A stretch of DNA of 33,258 nt from contig JAUPKM010000007.1 in the NCBI GenBank assembly GCA_030837445.1, forward strand, positions 1 to 33,258. Direction: 5' to 3'. Of this stretch, positions 17,180 through 26,999 are shown piece after piece. This stretch comes from Actinomycetota bacterium (GTDB lineage: Bacteria > Actinomycetota > Actinomycetes > S36-B12 > UBA10799). The notes beneath the pieces are model-generated. The model saw only the letters and a list, made by a program, of their open reading frames with translations. It made no database searches and was not told the DNA's origin. The translations under genes were made by a program, and so were the position numbers. The stretch's first letter is position 1, and the number at the start of each line of letters is the position of its first letter.

Positions 17180-17992
17180 GTGCGTAAAGCATTGATCGGT
17201 ACCTCTACCCTGCTCGCCTCCGGTGCGCTCGCGGTCGGCCTCGCAGCCGCACCGGCGACCGCCGCCCCGGTGGTGTCCGCAACCGGAGCGACGACGGCGT
17301 CGGCCGCTGTCAGTGCGGCCAGTTTCACGCCGCGTCAGTCGGCCAACCGGGCGGCCCTGGTGGCGAAGCGCGCCGCTGCGGCGCGCGCCGCTGCGCACCA
17401 GCGCTGGATCCAGGCACGCAACGCCTACCTGCAGGCTGGCTGGACCGTTGGCGCCCTCAAGGTGAAGCTCGGTGCCGCCACGACCGACGAAGAGCGGGCG
17501 GCGCTGTACGCCGAACTCACCGACGCCCGCAAGGCCCACGTCGCCAGCTTGAAGGTCTTCAACGAGGCCAGCCGGGCCCGTACCCGTGCGATCAACGCCG
17601 CCACCAAGGCTGCCGCTGACGCCTGGCGCGCTGAGAAGGCCGCGCGGAACGCCGAACGTCTGGCCGCGTTGGCCCGTTCGGTCGGGATCAGCCCCGCAAC
17701 CATTTCGGCGTACGGCCTGTCGGAGGGCGACATCTCCAGGATCCTTGAGGCCGCCAACTGGGCCAACACACCGAAGGCCCTGTCAGTTGTGGCCTGCGAG
17801 TCCGGTGGCAACTACGGAATCAACACCGGCAACGGCTACTACGGTGCCTGGCAGTTCGCCTACGGCAGCTGGCTCGGAGCCGGTGGCGGCCGCTGGGCCG
17901 GTACCGCCGATCAGGCGCCGAAGTGGGCGCAGGATCTGGTGGCGTACAACTACTACCAGAGCGCCGGCTGGGGTCCCTGGGCCTGCGCCTGA
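17180..17992 (+). CDS. Secreted resuscitation-promoting-factor (Rpf)-like transglycosylase
   Basis: Signal peptide from GTG17180 (RBS AAAGGA), a long Ala/Arg helical stalk and a C-terminal Rpf domain VACESGGNYGINTGNGYYGAWQF...GWGPW with the catalytic Glu. Confidence 0.88.
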   Translation: MRKALIGTSTLLASGALAVGLAAAPATAAPVVSATGATTASAAVSAASFTPRQSANRAALVAKRAAAARAAAHQRWIQARNAYLQAGWTVGALKVKLGAATTDEERAALYAELTDARKAHVASLKVFNEASRARTRAINAATKAAADAWRAEKAARNAERLAALARSVGISPATISAYGLSEGDISRILEAANWANTPKALSVVACESGGNYGINTGNGYYGAWQFAYGSWLGAGGGRWAGTADQAPKWAQDLVAYNYYQSAGWGPWACA

Positions 17993-18012
17993 GGCCAGCA
18001 GCACAGCCTCCA

Positions 18013-18060
18013 CACGTAGTTCGGCCCGCAACCCAACTGGGTTGCGGGCCGAACTACGTG
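18013..18060. terminator. Perfect long hairpin, probable bidirectional terminator
   Basis: CACGTAGTTCGGCCCGCAACCCA-AC-TGGGTTGCGGGCCGAACTACGTG is a 23-bp perfect inverted repeat between convergent genes. Confidence 0.8.
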
Positions 18061-18069
18061 GGACCCCGG

Positions 18070-18528
18070 TCAGCGTTGGTCGTTCCCGGAGTCGATGATG
18101 GTGCGCATCAGTATCACTGCCCCCCAGGGGACGATCACCCAGAGCGGCCAGAAGCCCTGCCATTGGATGGGATCGCTGGTCAAGATGCCGACCAGCCAGA
18201 TCGCAATCATGAACACAGACACCCCGAGCCAGGACAACCACATCGCCCGCATCCCCGAGCCAGCGTTTGCCTGCAGGTCGGTTGGCGTCTGGTGCGAGAC
18301 CGCCGGAGGTCCAGGTGGTGGCGGCGGCGTGGCCGGCAGGTCGGACGTCAGTCGCGTCAATTCGGCCATGGTCACCGCCGCATAGGCCGCCGACATCCGT
18401 TGGTCGTGCTCGCTGGCGTTGATGCGACCGTCGCCCAATGCCTTGTTGAGAATGAGCACAGTGGCCTCGCGGTCGCTGTCGCTCGCCCTGATGCCACCGG
18501 ATCCCGATGGCTGGGAGGAATCACTCAC
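18070..18528 (-). CDS. DUF1707 (SHOCT-like) domain membrane protein
   Basis: IRASDSDRE...GDGRI...EHDQRMSAAYAAVTMAELTRLTSDLP, followed by two C-terminal TM helices (FWPLWVIVPWG). Confidence 0.88.
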   Translation of the reverse strand: MSDSSQPSGSGGIRASDSDREATVLILNKALGDGRINASEHDQRMSAAYAAVTMAELTRLTSDLPATPPPPPGPPAVSHQTPTDLQANAGSGMRAMWLSWLGVSVFMIAIWLVGILTSDPIQWQGFWPLWVIVPWGAVILMRTIIDSGNDQR

Positions 18529-18562
18529 TGCCGTCCCCTCTCGTGGCTAGCGGGCTTCCGCC

Positions 18563-21016
18563 CTAGCCTTCTGTCGCGTGCCAGATACGTTCAAGATAGT
18601 CCCGGATGGCACGGTCCGAGGAGAAGTACCCGGATCTCGCCACGTTCAGAATTGCCTTCCGGTTCCAGTCGTCCTGATCCTGGTAGTTGATATCGACGAG
18701 GTCCTGGGTATCGATATAGGCCCGGTAGTCGGCCAGCACCAGGAATGGATCGCTCTCCATCAGGTGGTCGATCACCGCATGTCCGGCCTCGGTTGCGCCG
18801 TTCAACAGTGCACCGCCGGAGAGTGCATCGATGGCGCGGTGCAGTTCGGGATCCATCTCGTAGTAGTTGCGCGGGCGATAACCGGCGGCCTGCACCTTGC
18901 TCGCCTGCTCCTCCGTCAGGCCGAAGAGGAAGAAGTTCTCCGGCTCGACCAACTCCCGAATCTCAACATTCGCGCCGTCCAGCGTGCCGATGGTCAGCGC
19001 GCCGTTGAGTGCGAACTTCATATTTCCGGTGCCAGAGGCCTCCTTGCCCGCCATCGAAATCTGCTCGCTGAGTTCGGCGGCCGGCACGATCGACTGGGCC
19101 AGCACCACGTTGTAGTTGGCCGGGAATGCGATTCGGAGCCGGCCTGCCACATCTGGGTCTTCATCAATGGCGCGAGCGACCGCAAGGATCAGTTCGATGG
19201 TCTGTTTCGCCATCACGTATCCGGGTGCGGCCTTGGCGCCGAACAGGATGGTCCGAGGAACCACGTTGGCGTTCGGGTCCGACTTGATTCGTTGGTAAAG
19301 CGTGACGGTGTGCAGCAGTTTCAGCACCTGTCGCTTGTACTCGTGAAGTCGCTTCACCATCACGTCGAACATGGTCGCGGGATCCACCGATAGGCCATCC
19401 CGCTCGTTCAACAGGTTCGACAGTCGCGCCTTGTTGACTTGCTTGATCTCTGCGAACTGCGCGCGGAAGGCGGCATCGTCGGCGAGCGGTTCAAGTTCCC
19501 TGAGTCGCTCGAGGTCGATCTCCCAACCAGGTCCGATTGCTTCGGTGATCAGGGCCGACAGGCCGGGGTTGGCCACCCGCAGGAACCGGCGCGGGGTGAT
19601 GCCGTTGGTGACGTTCGTGAACTTCTCCGGCGTCATGGTCGAGAAGTCGACCAGGACCTTGTCGCGCAGCAACTGCGAGTGCAATTCGGCGACGCCGTTC
19701 ACCCGACTGCTGCCGACCACCGCAAGGTGCGCCATTCTGACGCCGCGGTGGGGGTGTTCGGAGATGATCGACATCCGTTCCACAATCCCGTCGTCACCGG
19801 GGAAGGTGGCGCGCACCTCGGCGAGGAAGCGGGAATTGATCTCGTAGATGATCTCCATGTGCCGGGGCAGCAGCCGTGACATCAGTTCCACCGGCCAGAC
19901 TTCGAGGGCCTCCGGCATCAGGGTGTGACAGGTGTAGGCGAACGACTTGTTGACTATCGCCCAGGCGACGTCCCACTCCAGTTGTTCCTCGTCGACCAGG
20001 ATGCGCATCAGTTCCGGGATACCGATCACCGGGTGGGTGTCGTTCAACTGGAAGATGACGCGTTCGGACAGCCGGGTCAGTGGGAAGCCGGCCGGCAGCG
20101 TCTGGTCCAGGAAGTCCCGGATCGAGGCGGCGGTGAAGAAGTACTGCTGGGATAGCCGCAGTTCCTTACCCTGTGGAGTGGAATCCTCCGGGTAGAGGAC
20201 CTTCGACAGGTTCGATGCCCGTACCTGTTGACCGACGGCATTCTCGTAGTCGCCAGCGTTGAAGATCTCCAGATTGAACTCATCCGGCGACTCCGCCGAC
20301 CATAGCCGCAGGGTGTTGACGACACCGTTGCGGAAGCCGGGCACGAGGTAGTTGTAGGGCACGGCGATGACGGTCCGATCTGGAATCCACTCCGTCCGCA
20401 ACTGTCCGAGCGCGTCCACGTGGTTCTCAGTGTGGCCACCGAACCCGATGGTCTGCGTCATGTGAGTGTGCGGGAATTCCCACGGATTTCCGCCGGCGAG
20501 CCACTTATCGGGCATCTCCACCTGCCGACCGTCGACGAACGCCTGCCGGAAGATGCCGTACTCATAGCGGATGCCATAGCCGACCGCCGGGATCCCCAAG
20601 GTGGCCAGCGAATCGATGTAGCAGGCGGCCAGCCTACCGAGGCCGCCGTTGCCGAGCCCGGGTTCGGGTTCGACCGCGACAAGGTCGTCGAGATCCAGTC
20701 CGAGTGAGGCGAGGGCCTCCCGCATCGGGCCTTCCAGGTCATCGGCCAGCATGCTGTTGAGGAGTTGCGGTCCCAATAGATATTCGGCACTGAGGTAGGC
20801 CACAACCTTCGGGCCCTTCTGTAGTTGCCTGCGCAACCGCTCCAACCAGTTGTCCATCAGCAGGCTGCGCACGGTGATGCCCAACGCCTGGTAGAGGTCG
20901 TTCTCGGTGGCCCGGTCGATCGAGACCCCTTGGTGCATGCGCAGGTTCTTCACGAACTCGTCCGCCAGATATGCCGGGTCGTGCTCAATATCGGCGGGGA
21001 CTGGATCGAGCGTCAC
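18563..21016 (-). CDS. glgP: Glycogen/starch/alpha-glucan phosphorylase (GT35)
   Basis: LGNGGLGRLAAC, QLNDTHP, NGVAELHS, VKRLHEYKRQ and PLP-lysine motif EASGTGNMKF. Start GTG21016 follows a GAGAGGA RBS. Confidence 0.95.
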   Translation of the reverse strand: MTLDPVPADIEHDPAYLADEFVKNLRMHQGVSIDRATENDLYQALGITVRSLLMDNWLERLRRQLQKGPKVVAYLSAEYLLGPQLLNSMLADDLEGPMREALASLGLDLDDLVAVEPEPGLGNGGLGRLAACYIDSLATLGIPAVGYGIRYEYGIFRQAFVDGRQVEMPDKWLAGGNPWEFPHTHMTQTIGFGGHTENHVDALGQLRTEWIPDRTVIAVPYNYLVPGFRNGVVNTLRLWSAESPDEFNLEIFNAGDYENAVGQQVRASNLSKVLYPEDSTPQGKELRLSQQYFFTAASIRDFLDQTLPAGFPLTRLSERVIFQLNDTHPVIGIPELMRILVDEEQLEWDVAWAIVNKSFAYTCHTLMPEALEVWPVELMSRLLPRHMEIIYEINSRFLAEVRATFPGDDGIVERMSIISEHPHRGVRMAHLAVVGSSRVNGVAELHSQLLRDKVLVDFSTMTPEKFTNVTNGITPRRFLRVANPGLSALITEAIGPGWEIDLERLRELEPLADDAAFRAQFAEIKQVNKARLSNLLNERDGLSVDPATMFDVMVKRLHEYKRQVLKLLHTVTLYQRIKSDPNANVVPRTILFGAKAAPGYVMAKQTIELILAVARAIDEDPDVAGRLRIAFPANYNVVLAQSIVPAAELSEQISMAGKEASGTGNMKFALNGALTIGTLDGANVEIRELVEPENFFLFGLTEEQASKVQAAGYRPRNYYEMDPELHRAIDALSGGALLNGATEAGHAVIDHLMESDPFLVLADYRAYIDTQDLVDINYQDQDDWNRKAILNVARSGYFSSDRAIRDYLERIWHATEG

Positions 21017-21237
21017 GGGTGTCCTCTCGTGGTGGCGACCGGATGATGGCCCGTCAGTCGCCTCATGCGCGGCCAACGGTCGGGGCGTCGATAGTGCTGG
21101 GCAATGCTCGGCAGCCTAGTCCGTGACCGGCGAGTAGGCCCGACGAACGCATCGGACCGGGAAGGGGCGGCCGTCAGCGCTCTGTCGGGCCCGGTGGATC
21201 CACCATTCTGTCGGAACAGTGCGCGATACTGACGGCT

Positions 21238-22140
21238 ATGTTCGGCACCGACGATCTTCGCGCTTTCGCAGTGCCGGTGGACGGTCGTCCGCATCGGCTG
21301 AGCGTCGGAACGCGCCCAGTTGCGCCGGAGTGCTGGCTGCTGCCCGGATCAGACCGGGAGGCCCAGCTGGCGATCAAAAGGCGACTGTTGGCCGAACGGC
21401 GCACCGACGTCCTCGCCGCGCTGCCAGGTTCGGAGGCTGCCTGCCTGGAGGTGTACGAGCTGGTATCGGCGGCGGTCGAGTGGCGTGGTCAGCGACTGCA
21501 GACGGTCGGCCAGTCAGCTACCGCCCGAGCCGAGCAGGCGCTCGCCTTGGCATCGCTGCAGGTCCAGGAGGACCTGTGCATCATGGCCCCGAGGGCGGGG
21601 GAATGGTTGTTGGTCGCGGCGTCGCTGAGTTTCCCGTCCCGCTGGCGCTTGGCCGACAAATTGGGAGCGTCGCTCGATGGGATCCATGCGCCCGTGCCTG
21701 GCTACCCCGACAGGCTCTCGCGTGCGACCGGAGACCTGTTCGGACGGCTGGCTGACCGTGCCCGCGAGGCCGCCGGGTCGGGCTCCGGAGACGGATCCGG
21801 CACGGAAGTGCTGGGGCGATTCAACTGGACCTTGACCACCGAGGAGGACCTCTACACTCCGGAACCGCCGCCCCGGCAAGTCGTTCTGGCCGTCGCTGAG
21901 GTCCCCGATCGGGTCTGGCTCCGAGTTGAACGGCAAACGCTGCGCTGTCTGCCGGGGTCCGGTGCCGTGCTGTTCACGATCCGGACCTTTCTGACCCCAC
22001 TGGGCGAGCTGGATGCCGTCGAACGGGTCGCGCTGGCCGGTTCCCTTCGTGGTGTCTCCGACGAACTGATCCGCTACCGGGGCTGGGTCGGATACGTTGG
22101 AGCTGTGGTCGAGTGGTTAAGCGGCGGGGAGGTGCACTGA
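21238..22140 (+). CDS. DUF3445 / heme-dependent oxidative N-demethylase alpha-subunit-like protein
   Basis: VQEDLCIM, FPSRWRLADKLG, IHAPVPG, RFNW and LRVERQTL...LFTIRT. Confidence 0.85.
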   Translation: MFGTDDLRAFAVPVDGRPHRLSVGTRPVAPECWLLPGSDREAQLAIKRRLLAERRTDVLAALPGSEAACLEVYELVSAAVEWRGQRLQTVGQSATARAEQALALASLQVQEDLCIMAPRAGEWLLVAASLSFPSRWRLADKLGASLDGIHAPVPGYPDRLSRATGDLFGRLADRAREAAGSGSGDGSGTEVLGRFNWTLTTEEDLYTPEPPPRQVVLAVAEVPDRVWLRVERQTLRCLPGSGAVLFTIRTFLTPLGELDAVERVALAGSLRGVSDELIRYRGWVGYVGAVVEWLSGGEVH

Positions 22141-22188
22141 GGTGGTTGTGACCTGTGGTGCCTCTGGTGCTGGTGGGGCGGCTGTGAC

Positions 22189-22194
22189 TATAAT
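22189..22194 (+). promoter_or_regulatory. Consensus -10 box upstream of the DUF3145 gene
   Basis: Perfect TATAAT in a GC-rich context, about 65 nt before the ATG (RBS GAGGAGG). Confidence 0.55.
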
Positions 22195-22257
22195 CCTCGG
22201 CAGAACGGACCTCGTAGGAGCGCAGGGGAAGGCGACTTCTGACCGAGGAGGACGAAC

Positions 22258-22785
22258 ATGTCCGATGTAGTGCCCAGAACGGCCCGTGGGGTCGTATTCG
22301 TGCATGCCTGCTCCAAGGCGCTGTCAGCGCACGTGGGGTGGGCCCTGGAGCGTGTCCTCGGCCGCCCGGTGCCGCTCGAGTTCACAGCTCAACCGGCACT
22401 GCACGGCAGCCTGCGGGCGGAAGCTGCCTGGACAGGTCCGGCTGGCACTGGTGCGCGGATCACCAGCGAACTCCGCGGGTTCCCGGGACTGAGGTTCGAA
22501 GTCACCGAAGATGCCTCACCCGGCACCGATGGCGAGCGATATTCGTGCACCCCTGATCTGGGTATCTTCAGGGCCACGGTGGCCACCAACGGTGACATCA
22601 TGGTCGGCGAGGAGCAACTGCGTGCGATGCTCGCTCGGTCGGCGGCTGCCAGCATCCTCGGCGACGAGTTCGATATGGAGCGCGAACTGGAACTGCTGAT
22701 GGGTCGGCCCTGGGATGACGAGTTGGAGCCCTTCCGTCACGCCGGCGATGGCGCCCCGGTGCGCTGGCTGAACCAGGTCGGCTGA
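22258..22785 (+). CDS. DUF3145 family protein
   Basis: RGVVFVH...ALSAHVGWA, LRFEVTED, DGERYSCTPDLG and WDDELEPFRHAGDGAPVRWL. Confidence 0.92.
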   Translation: MSDVVPRTARGVVFVHACSKALSAHVGWALERVLGRPVPLEFTAQPALHGSLRAEAAWTGPAGTGARITSELRGFPGLRFEVTEDASPGTDGERYSCTPDLGIFRATVATNGDIMVGEEQLRAMLARSAAASILGDEFDMERELELLMGRPWDDELEPFRHAGDGAPVRWLNQVG

Positions 22786-22835
22786 GTCCAGCCGGCCCGC
22801 CAACCAGCTTTGCGCTGCGCGGCTCTGCCGGTCGG

Positions 22836-25574
22836 TCAGCCCGAACCCTCTGTGTTGCCGGCATCCGCCGCTGTCGGGTCCCACAGTCGGTAGCGCTTGA
22901 TCGCAGTGCCGACCGCGCTGCGGTCGTACTCTCCCCGGTCGGCGAGGGCCTGCAGGGTCTGCACGACGATCGATTCCGCATCCACCAGGAAGTGGCGGCG
23001 CAGTGCTCCACGTGTGTCGGACATTCCCCAGCCATCCGTGCCCAGCGTGTAGTACCGGCCCGGAACCCATTCCCGGATCAGGTCCTGCACTGCCCGCTGG
23101 TAGTCCGAGACCGCCACGAACGGACCGGGTCGGTCGGCCAGTTTAGTGGTGACGTACGCGGTCTTGGCCGGTGCATCCGGGTTGGTCAGGTTGTGTCGGT
23201 CGACCGCGAGACCGTCGCGCCGCAACTCGTTCCAACTTGTGACCGACCAGACATCGGCGTGCACGCCCCACTCGTCGGCGAGGAGTTGCTGCGCCTTCAA
23301 GGCCCATGGCACGCCCACGCCGGAGGCCAGCAGTTGTGCCCGTGGCCGGTCGGCGGCCGCAGCCGGATCGGACGCCGAAATCAGGTGGATACCGCGCAGA
23401 ATTCCCTCTATGTCGGCGTCAGCGGGTTGCGCAGGTTGCACGATCGGCTCGTTGTAGACGGTCAGGTAGTAGAAAATGTCCTCCGAGTCCGGCCCGTACA
23501 TCCGGCGCAGGCCGTCCTTGACGATGTGGGTCAGTTCGTAGGCATAGGCCGGGTCGTAGGCGACACAGATGGGGTTCGTTGCCGCGATCAGCAGGGAGTG
23601 GCCATCCTGGTGCTGCAGGCCTTCACCGTTGAGAGTGGTCCGGCCGGCGGTTGCCCCGATCGTGAAGCCCCGAACCTTCTGGTCCATCGCGACCCAGAAC
23701 TGGTCGCCGGTGCGCTGGAATCCGAACATCGAGTAGAAGATGTAGATCGGGATCATCGGCTCGTTGTGCGTCGAATAGGAGGAACCAACGGCCAGGAACG
23801 ACGACATCGAGCCGGCCTCGTTGATGCCCTCATGCAGGATCTGGCCGGTGGTGCTCTCCTTGTAGGACAGGAACATGTCGCGGTCCACAGCCAGATACTT
23901 CTGACCATCTGGGTTGTAGATCTTCTGCACCGGGAACATCGCGTCCATCCCGAAGGTGCGCGCCTCGTCCGGGATGATCGGCACCAGTCGGGGCCCGATA
24001 TTCGGATCCTTGAGCAGTTCCTTCAACAGCCTGACGAAGGCCATTGTGGTGGCGACCTCCTGCTTGCCTGACCCCCGCGTCATCACCTCGTAGGGTTCGT
24101 CACCTGGCAACTCCAATGGCCGCGAGACGGGATTGCGGGTTGGCACATAGCCGCCCAGCGAGGCGCGCCGCTCGCGCAGGTACTCGAAGTGTTCGTGGCC
24201 CGGGCCGGGGGAGTAGTACGGGGGCAGGTGTGGATCCAACTCGCTGTCGGGGATCTCGATCTGCAGCCGATCCCGGAAGGTCTTCAGATCCTCGACCGTC
24301 AGGTGCTTCATCTGGTGCGTGGAGTTTCGACCCTCGAAGTGTGACCCGAGGCTCCAGCCCTTGACTGTCTTGGCCAGAATCACGGTTGGGCGGCCCTCGT
24401 GCTCCATCGCCAAGCGGTAGGCGGCGTAGAGCTTGCGATAGTCGTGCCCGCCCCGGGAGAGTCGCCAGATATCGGCATCGGACCAGTCGGCCACCATCGC
24501 CGCGGTGCGTGGATCACGGCCGAAGAAGTTCTCCCGGACGAACGCGCCGTCCTCAGCCTTGAACGTCTGGTAGTCGCCATCGAGGGTGTTGTTCATGAGT
24601 TGGACGAGGGCGCCCTCGTCGTCCTGTGCCAGCAGCGGGTCCCAGCTTCGCCCCCAGACGACCTTGATCACGTTCCACCCGGCGCCGCGGAACACCGACT
24701 CCAACTCCTGGATGATCTTGCCATTGCCGCGCACTGGACCGTCCAGTCGCTGCAGGTTGCAGTTGATGACGAAGGTGAGGTTGTCGAGTCGCTCCCGGGC
24801 GGCCAGCGCGATATCGCCGAGGGTTTCCGGCTCGTCGGTCTCACCGTCACCGAGGAAAGCCCAGACGTGTTGTTGGGAGGTGTCCTTGATGCCGCGGTCG
24901 TGCAGGTACCGGTTGAACCTCGCCTGGTAGATGGCGTCGATCGGACCCAGCCCCATCGACACCGTCGGGAACTGCCAGAAGCCGCCCATCAGGCGCGGGT
25001 GCGGGTAGGACGGCAACCCCCCGCCGGGATGGGTCAGCTCCTGTCGAAAGCCGTCCAGGTTGTGTTCATTGAGTCGGCCCTCCACGAATGCCCGGGCATA
25101 GATCCCCGGCGAGGCGTGGCCCTGGAAGAACACCTGGTCCCCGCCGCCGGGGGCCGCCGGGCCCTTGAAGAAGTGATTGAAACCGACCTCGTACAGGGAC
25201 GCCGAAGATGCGTAGGAGGAGATGTGCCCGCCCACGCCGACACCCGGACGTTGCGCCCGGTGGACCATGATCGCGGCGTTCCATCGGATGTAGGCGCGGA
25301 TTCGCTTTTCGATGACCTCGTCGCCGGGAAAGTCAGGCTCATGGGCGGGGCTGATGGTGTTGATGTAGTCGGTCTGTCGGACGTCGGGGACGCCGATATC
25401 CAGTTCGGCTGCGTGGCGTTGCAGTTCCAGCATTAGGAACCGAGCACGCGCCGGCCCCAGCCGGTCCACGACGGCGTCGAACGATTCCAGCCACTCGGCT
25501 CGTTCCGCCGGGTCGACGTCCACGTACTGATGCGGCATTCCGACTGGTTGCAGGTGGTGGCTGTCTTCGGTCAC
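22836..25574 (-). CDS. aceE: Pyruvate dehydrogenase E1, homodimeric type
   Basis: [23 protein letters not shown], ThDP motif GDGE..., [22 protein letters not shown] and YSMFGFQR. Confidence 0.97.
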   Translation of the reverse strand: MTEDSHHLQPVGMPHQYVDVDPAERAEWLESFDAVVDRLGPARARFLMLELQRHAAELDIGVPDVRQTDYINTISPAHEPDFPGDEVIEKRIRAYIRWNAAIMVHRAQRPGVGVGGHISSYASSASLYEVGFNHFFKGPAAPGGGDQVFFQGHASPGIYARAFVEGRLNEHNLDGFRQELTHPGGGLPSYPHPRLMGGFWQFPTVSMGLGPIDAIYQARFNRYLHDRGIKDTSQQHVWAFLGDGETDEPETLGDIALAARERLDNLTFVINCNLQRLDGPVRGNGKIIQELESVFRGAGWNVIKVVWGRSWDPLLAQDDEGALVQLMNNTLDGDYQTFKAEDGAFVRENFFGRDPRTAAMVADWSDADIWRLSRGGHDYRKLYAAYRLAMEHEGRPTVILAKTVKGWSLGSHFEGRNSTHQMKHLTVEDLKTFRDRLQIEIPDSELDPHLPPYYSPGPGHEHFEYLRERRASLGGYVPTRNPVSRPLELPGDEPYEVMTRGSGKQEVATTMAFVRLLKELLKDPNIGPRLVPIIPDEARTFGMDAMFPVQKIYNPDGQKYLAVDRDMFLSYKESTTGQILHEGINEAGSMSSFLAVGSSYSTHNEPMIPIYIFYSMFGFQRTGDQFWVAMDQKVRGFTIGATAGRTTLNGEGLQHQDGHSLLIAATNPICVAYDPAYAYELTHIVKDGLRRMYGPDSEDIFYYLTVYNEPIVQPAQPADADIEGILRGIHLISASDPAAAADRPRAQLLASGVGVPWALKAQQLLADEWGVHADVWSVTSWNELRRDGLAVDRHNLTNPDAPAKTAYVTTKLADRPGPFVAVSDYQRAVQDLIREWVPGRYYTLGTDGWGMSDTRGALRRHFLVDAESIVVQTLQALADRGEYDRSAVGTAIKRYRLWDPTAADAGNTEGSG

Positions 25575-25665
25575 GGGTGGACCTTTCGGCGAGGTGAGCG
25601 GGCGTGAGCGGTGCGGTGCGACGGTGTGCGCTGGGATGGTGTGCGGTGGAATCGGCCGAGTCGAA

Positions 25666-26469
25666 TCAGGAGCCCTTCAGCGGCCCCAACGAATCCGGGT
25701 CATCAAACGATTCCCGGATGGATCGGGCGACGGTCGCTGCCTGGAATCCATCCACGTATCGGTGGTCCAGGGTGGCGGTGATCGACAGTCCCTTTCGCAC
25801 CTCCGGCTTACCGTCGATGGCGAACACCATGTCCCGGATCGCGCCGATCGCGACATAGAGCGGCACCCGGCAGAATGGCGTCGGCGGCACGTAGGCCTCA
25901 TCGACGCCCAGCATGCCGACGCTGGTGATGACTGCGGCCCCGAACGGGAATGCCGGCTGCCCGGCCATCGGCAGCCCCAGCCCGGTGGTGACGAATCCCG
26001 TGAGGGACAGTACCCGCCGCAGGAGGGGTGTGGGCAGCTTGCTCGCAATATCGGCGCTCTTCTTGAAGGATTCGTCCTCGCCGGAGCGGACACTGCTGGC
26101 CTTCGCCTGGAGTTCCTTGGCGACATCAGCGGGAGTCATCTGGTCAATATCCTTGACTCGCACCTGGGCCAATTGCTTGCCGCCGTCGATCTGGACCAGG
26201 AACGACAGGCTGACGTCGTCGTAGGGGTAGTACTTCCCCATGTGGATGCGGCCGTTCAGGGTCGGTTCCAATGCCAGTGCACGGCCCACGCAGGCACCTA
26301 TGAACGACGTGATGGTTACCCGTTCGCCGGTCAGGTCTCGCGCCCGTTCTATGTAGTCCAGGACCTTCGTCGCGTCGAGGGTCAGGGTGCCGTGGATGAC
26401 TCCCTCGTGGGGTGGCTTCCAGCTCGCAATGGTGATCCTGCGCCTGGTGCCCATCATCGGCTTACCCAT
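25666..26469 (-). CDS. 2-oxoacid dehydrogenase acyltransferase (E2) catalytic-domain-only protein
   Basis: C-terminal TLDHRYVDG catalytic motif and ITSVG. No lipoyl domain and no peripheral-subunit-binding domain. RBS GGGAGA before ATG26469. Confidence 0.85.
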   Translation of the reverse strand: MGKPMMGTRRRITIASWKPPHEGVIHGTLTLDATKVLDYIERARDLTGERVTITSFIGACVGRALALEPTLNGRIHMGKYYPYDDVSLSFLVQIDGGKQLAQVRVKDIDQMTPADVAKELQAKASSVRSGEDESFKKSADIASKLPTPLLRRVLSLTGFVTTGLGLPMAGQPAFPFGAAVITSVGMLGVDEAYVPPTPFCRVPLYVAIGAIRDMVFAIDGKPEVRKGLSITATLDHRYVDGFQAATVARSIRESFDDPDSLGPLKGS

Positions 26470-26477
26470 GGTTCTCC

Positions 26478-26885
26478 CTATCTCCGGGCTCGCGGAGCGA
26501 CAAGGCGCGTGCCCTGCCAATCACGGGCCGCGCTGATCGTGCTGGTCTGTTGCAATCCCGCCACCGGAGCCGCCTCGGAGATGTCCGCCGCTTCGACGTG
26601 GCCGGCCCGCCCCGACTTGGGAGTGAGCAGCCAGATCGTGCCGTTCTCGGTGAGCGGACCGATCGCGTCGACGAGCGCGTCGACCAGGTCGCCATCCTCA
26701 TCCCGCCACCAGAGCAGGACGACGTCCACCATCTCGTCGGAGTCCTCATCCAGCAGGTCCGACTCACATGCCGCCGCGACCGCCGTGCGAAGTCCGTCGT
26801 CGCAGTCATCGTCCCAGCCGACCTCCTGGACTACCCGGCCTGGTTGAACTCCCAGTGTCTGCGACGCTTCCGAGGTCGACAACAC
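26478..26885 (-). CDS. DUF3052 family protein
   Basis: VQEVGWDDDCD, DVVLLWWRDEDGDLVDALVD and IWLLTPKSGR. RBS GGAGGA. Confidence 0.92.
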   Translation of the reverse strand: MLSTSEASQTLGVQPGRVVQEVGWDDDCDDGLRTAVAAACESDLLDEDSDEMVDVVLLWWRDEDGDLVDALVDAIGPLTENGTIWLLTPKSGRAGHVEAADISEAAPVAGLQQTSTISAARDWQGTRLVAPRARR

Positions 26886-26999
26886 TCCTCCGTTTCGATA
26901 ACTGGCACACGCTCGTCGTGACCCTTGTGCCGCTAGTCCACCCGACGCGGGGTACCTCACGCAACAGCAATGGCCAGATCCGCTCCCGGAGAGCAGATA

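Noticed and set aside
4252-26847. Numerous long alternative-frame ORFs (e.g. 4252-5451, 13327-14490, 22992-24071, 25594-26847)
   Set aside because: Shadow ORFs expected in high-GC DNA, overlapping well-supported genes and lacking motifs.
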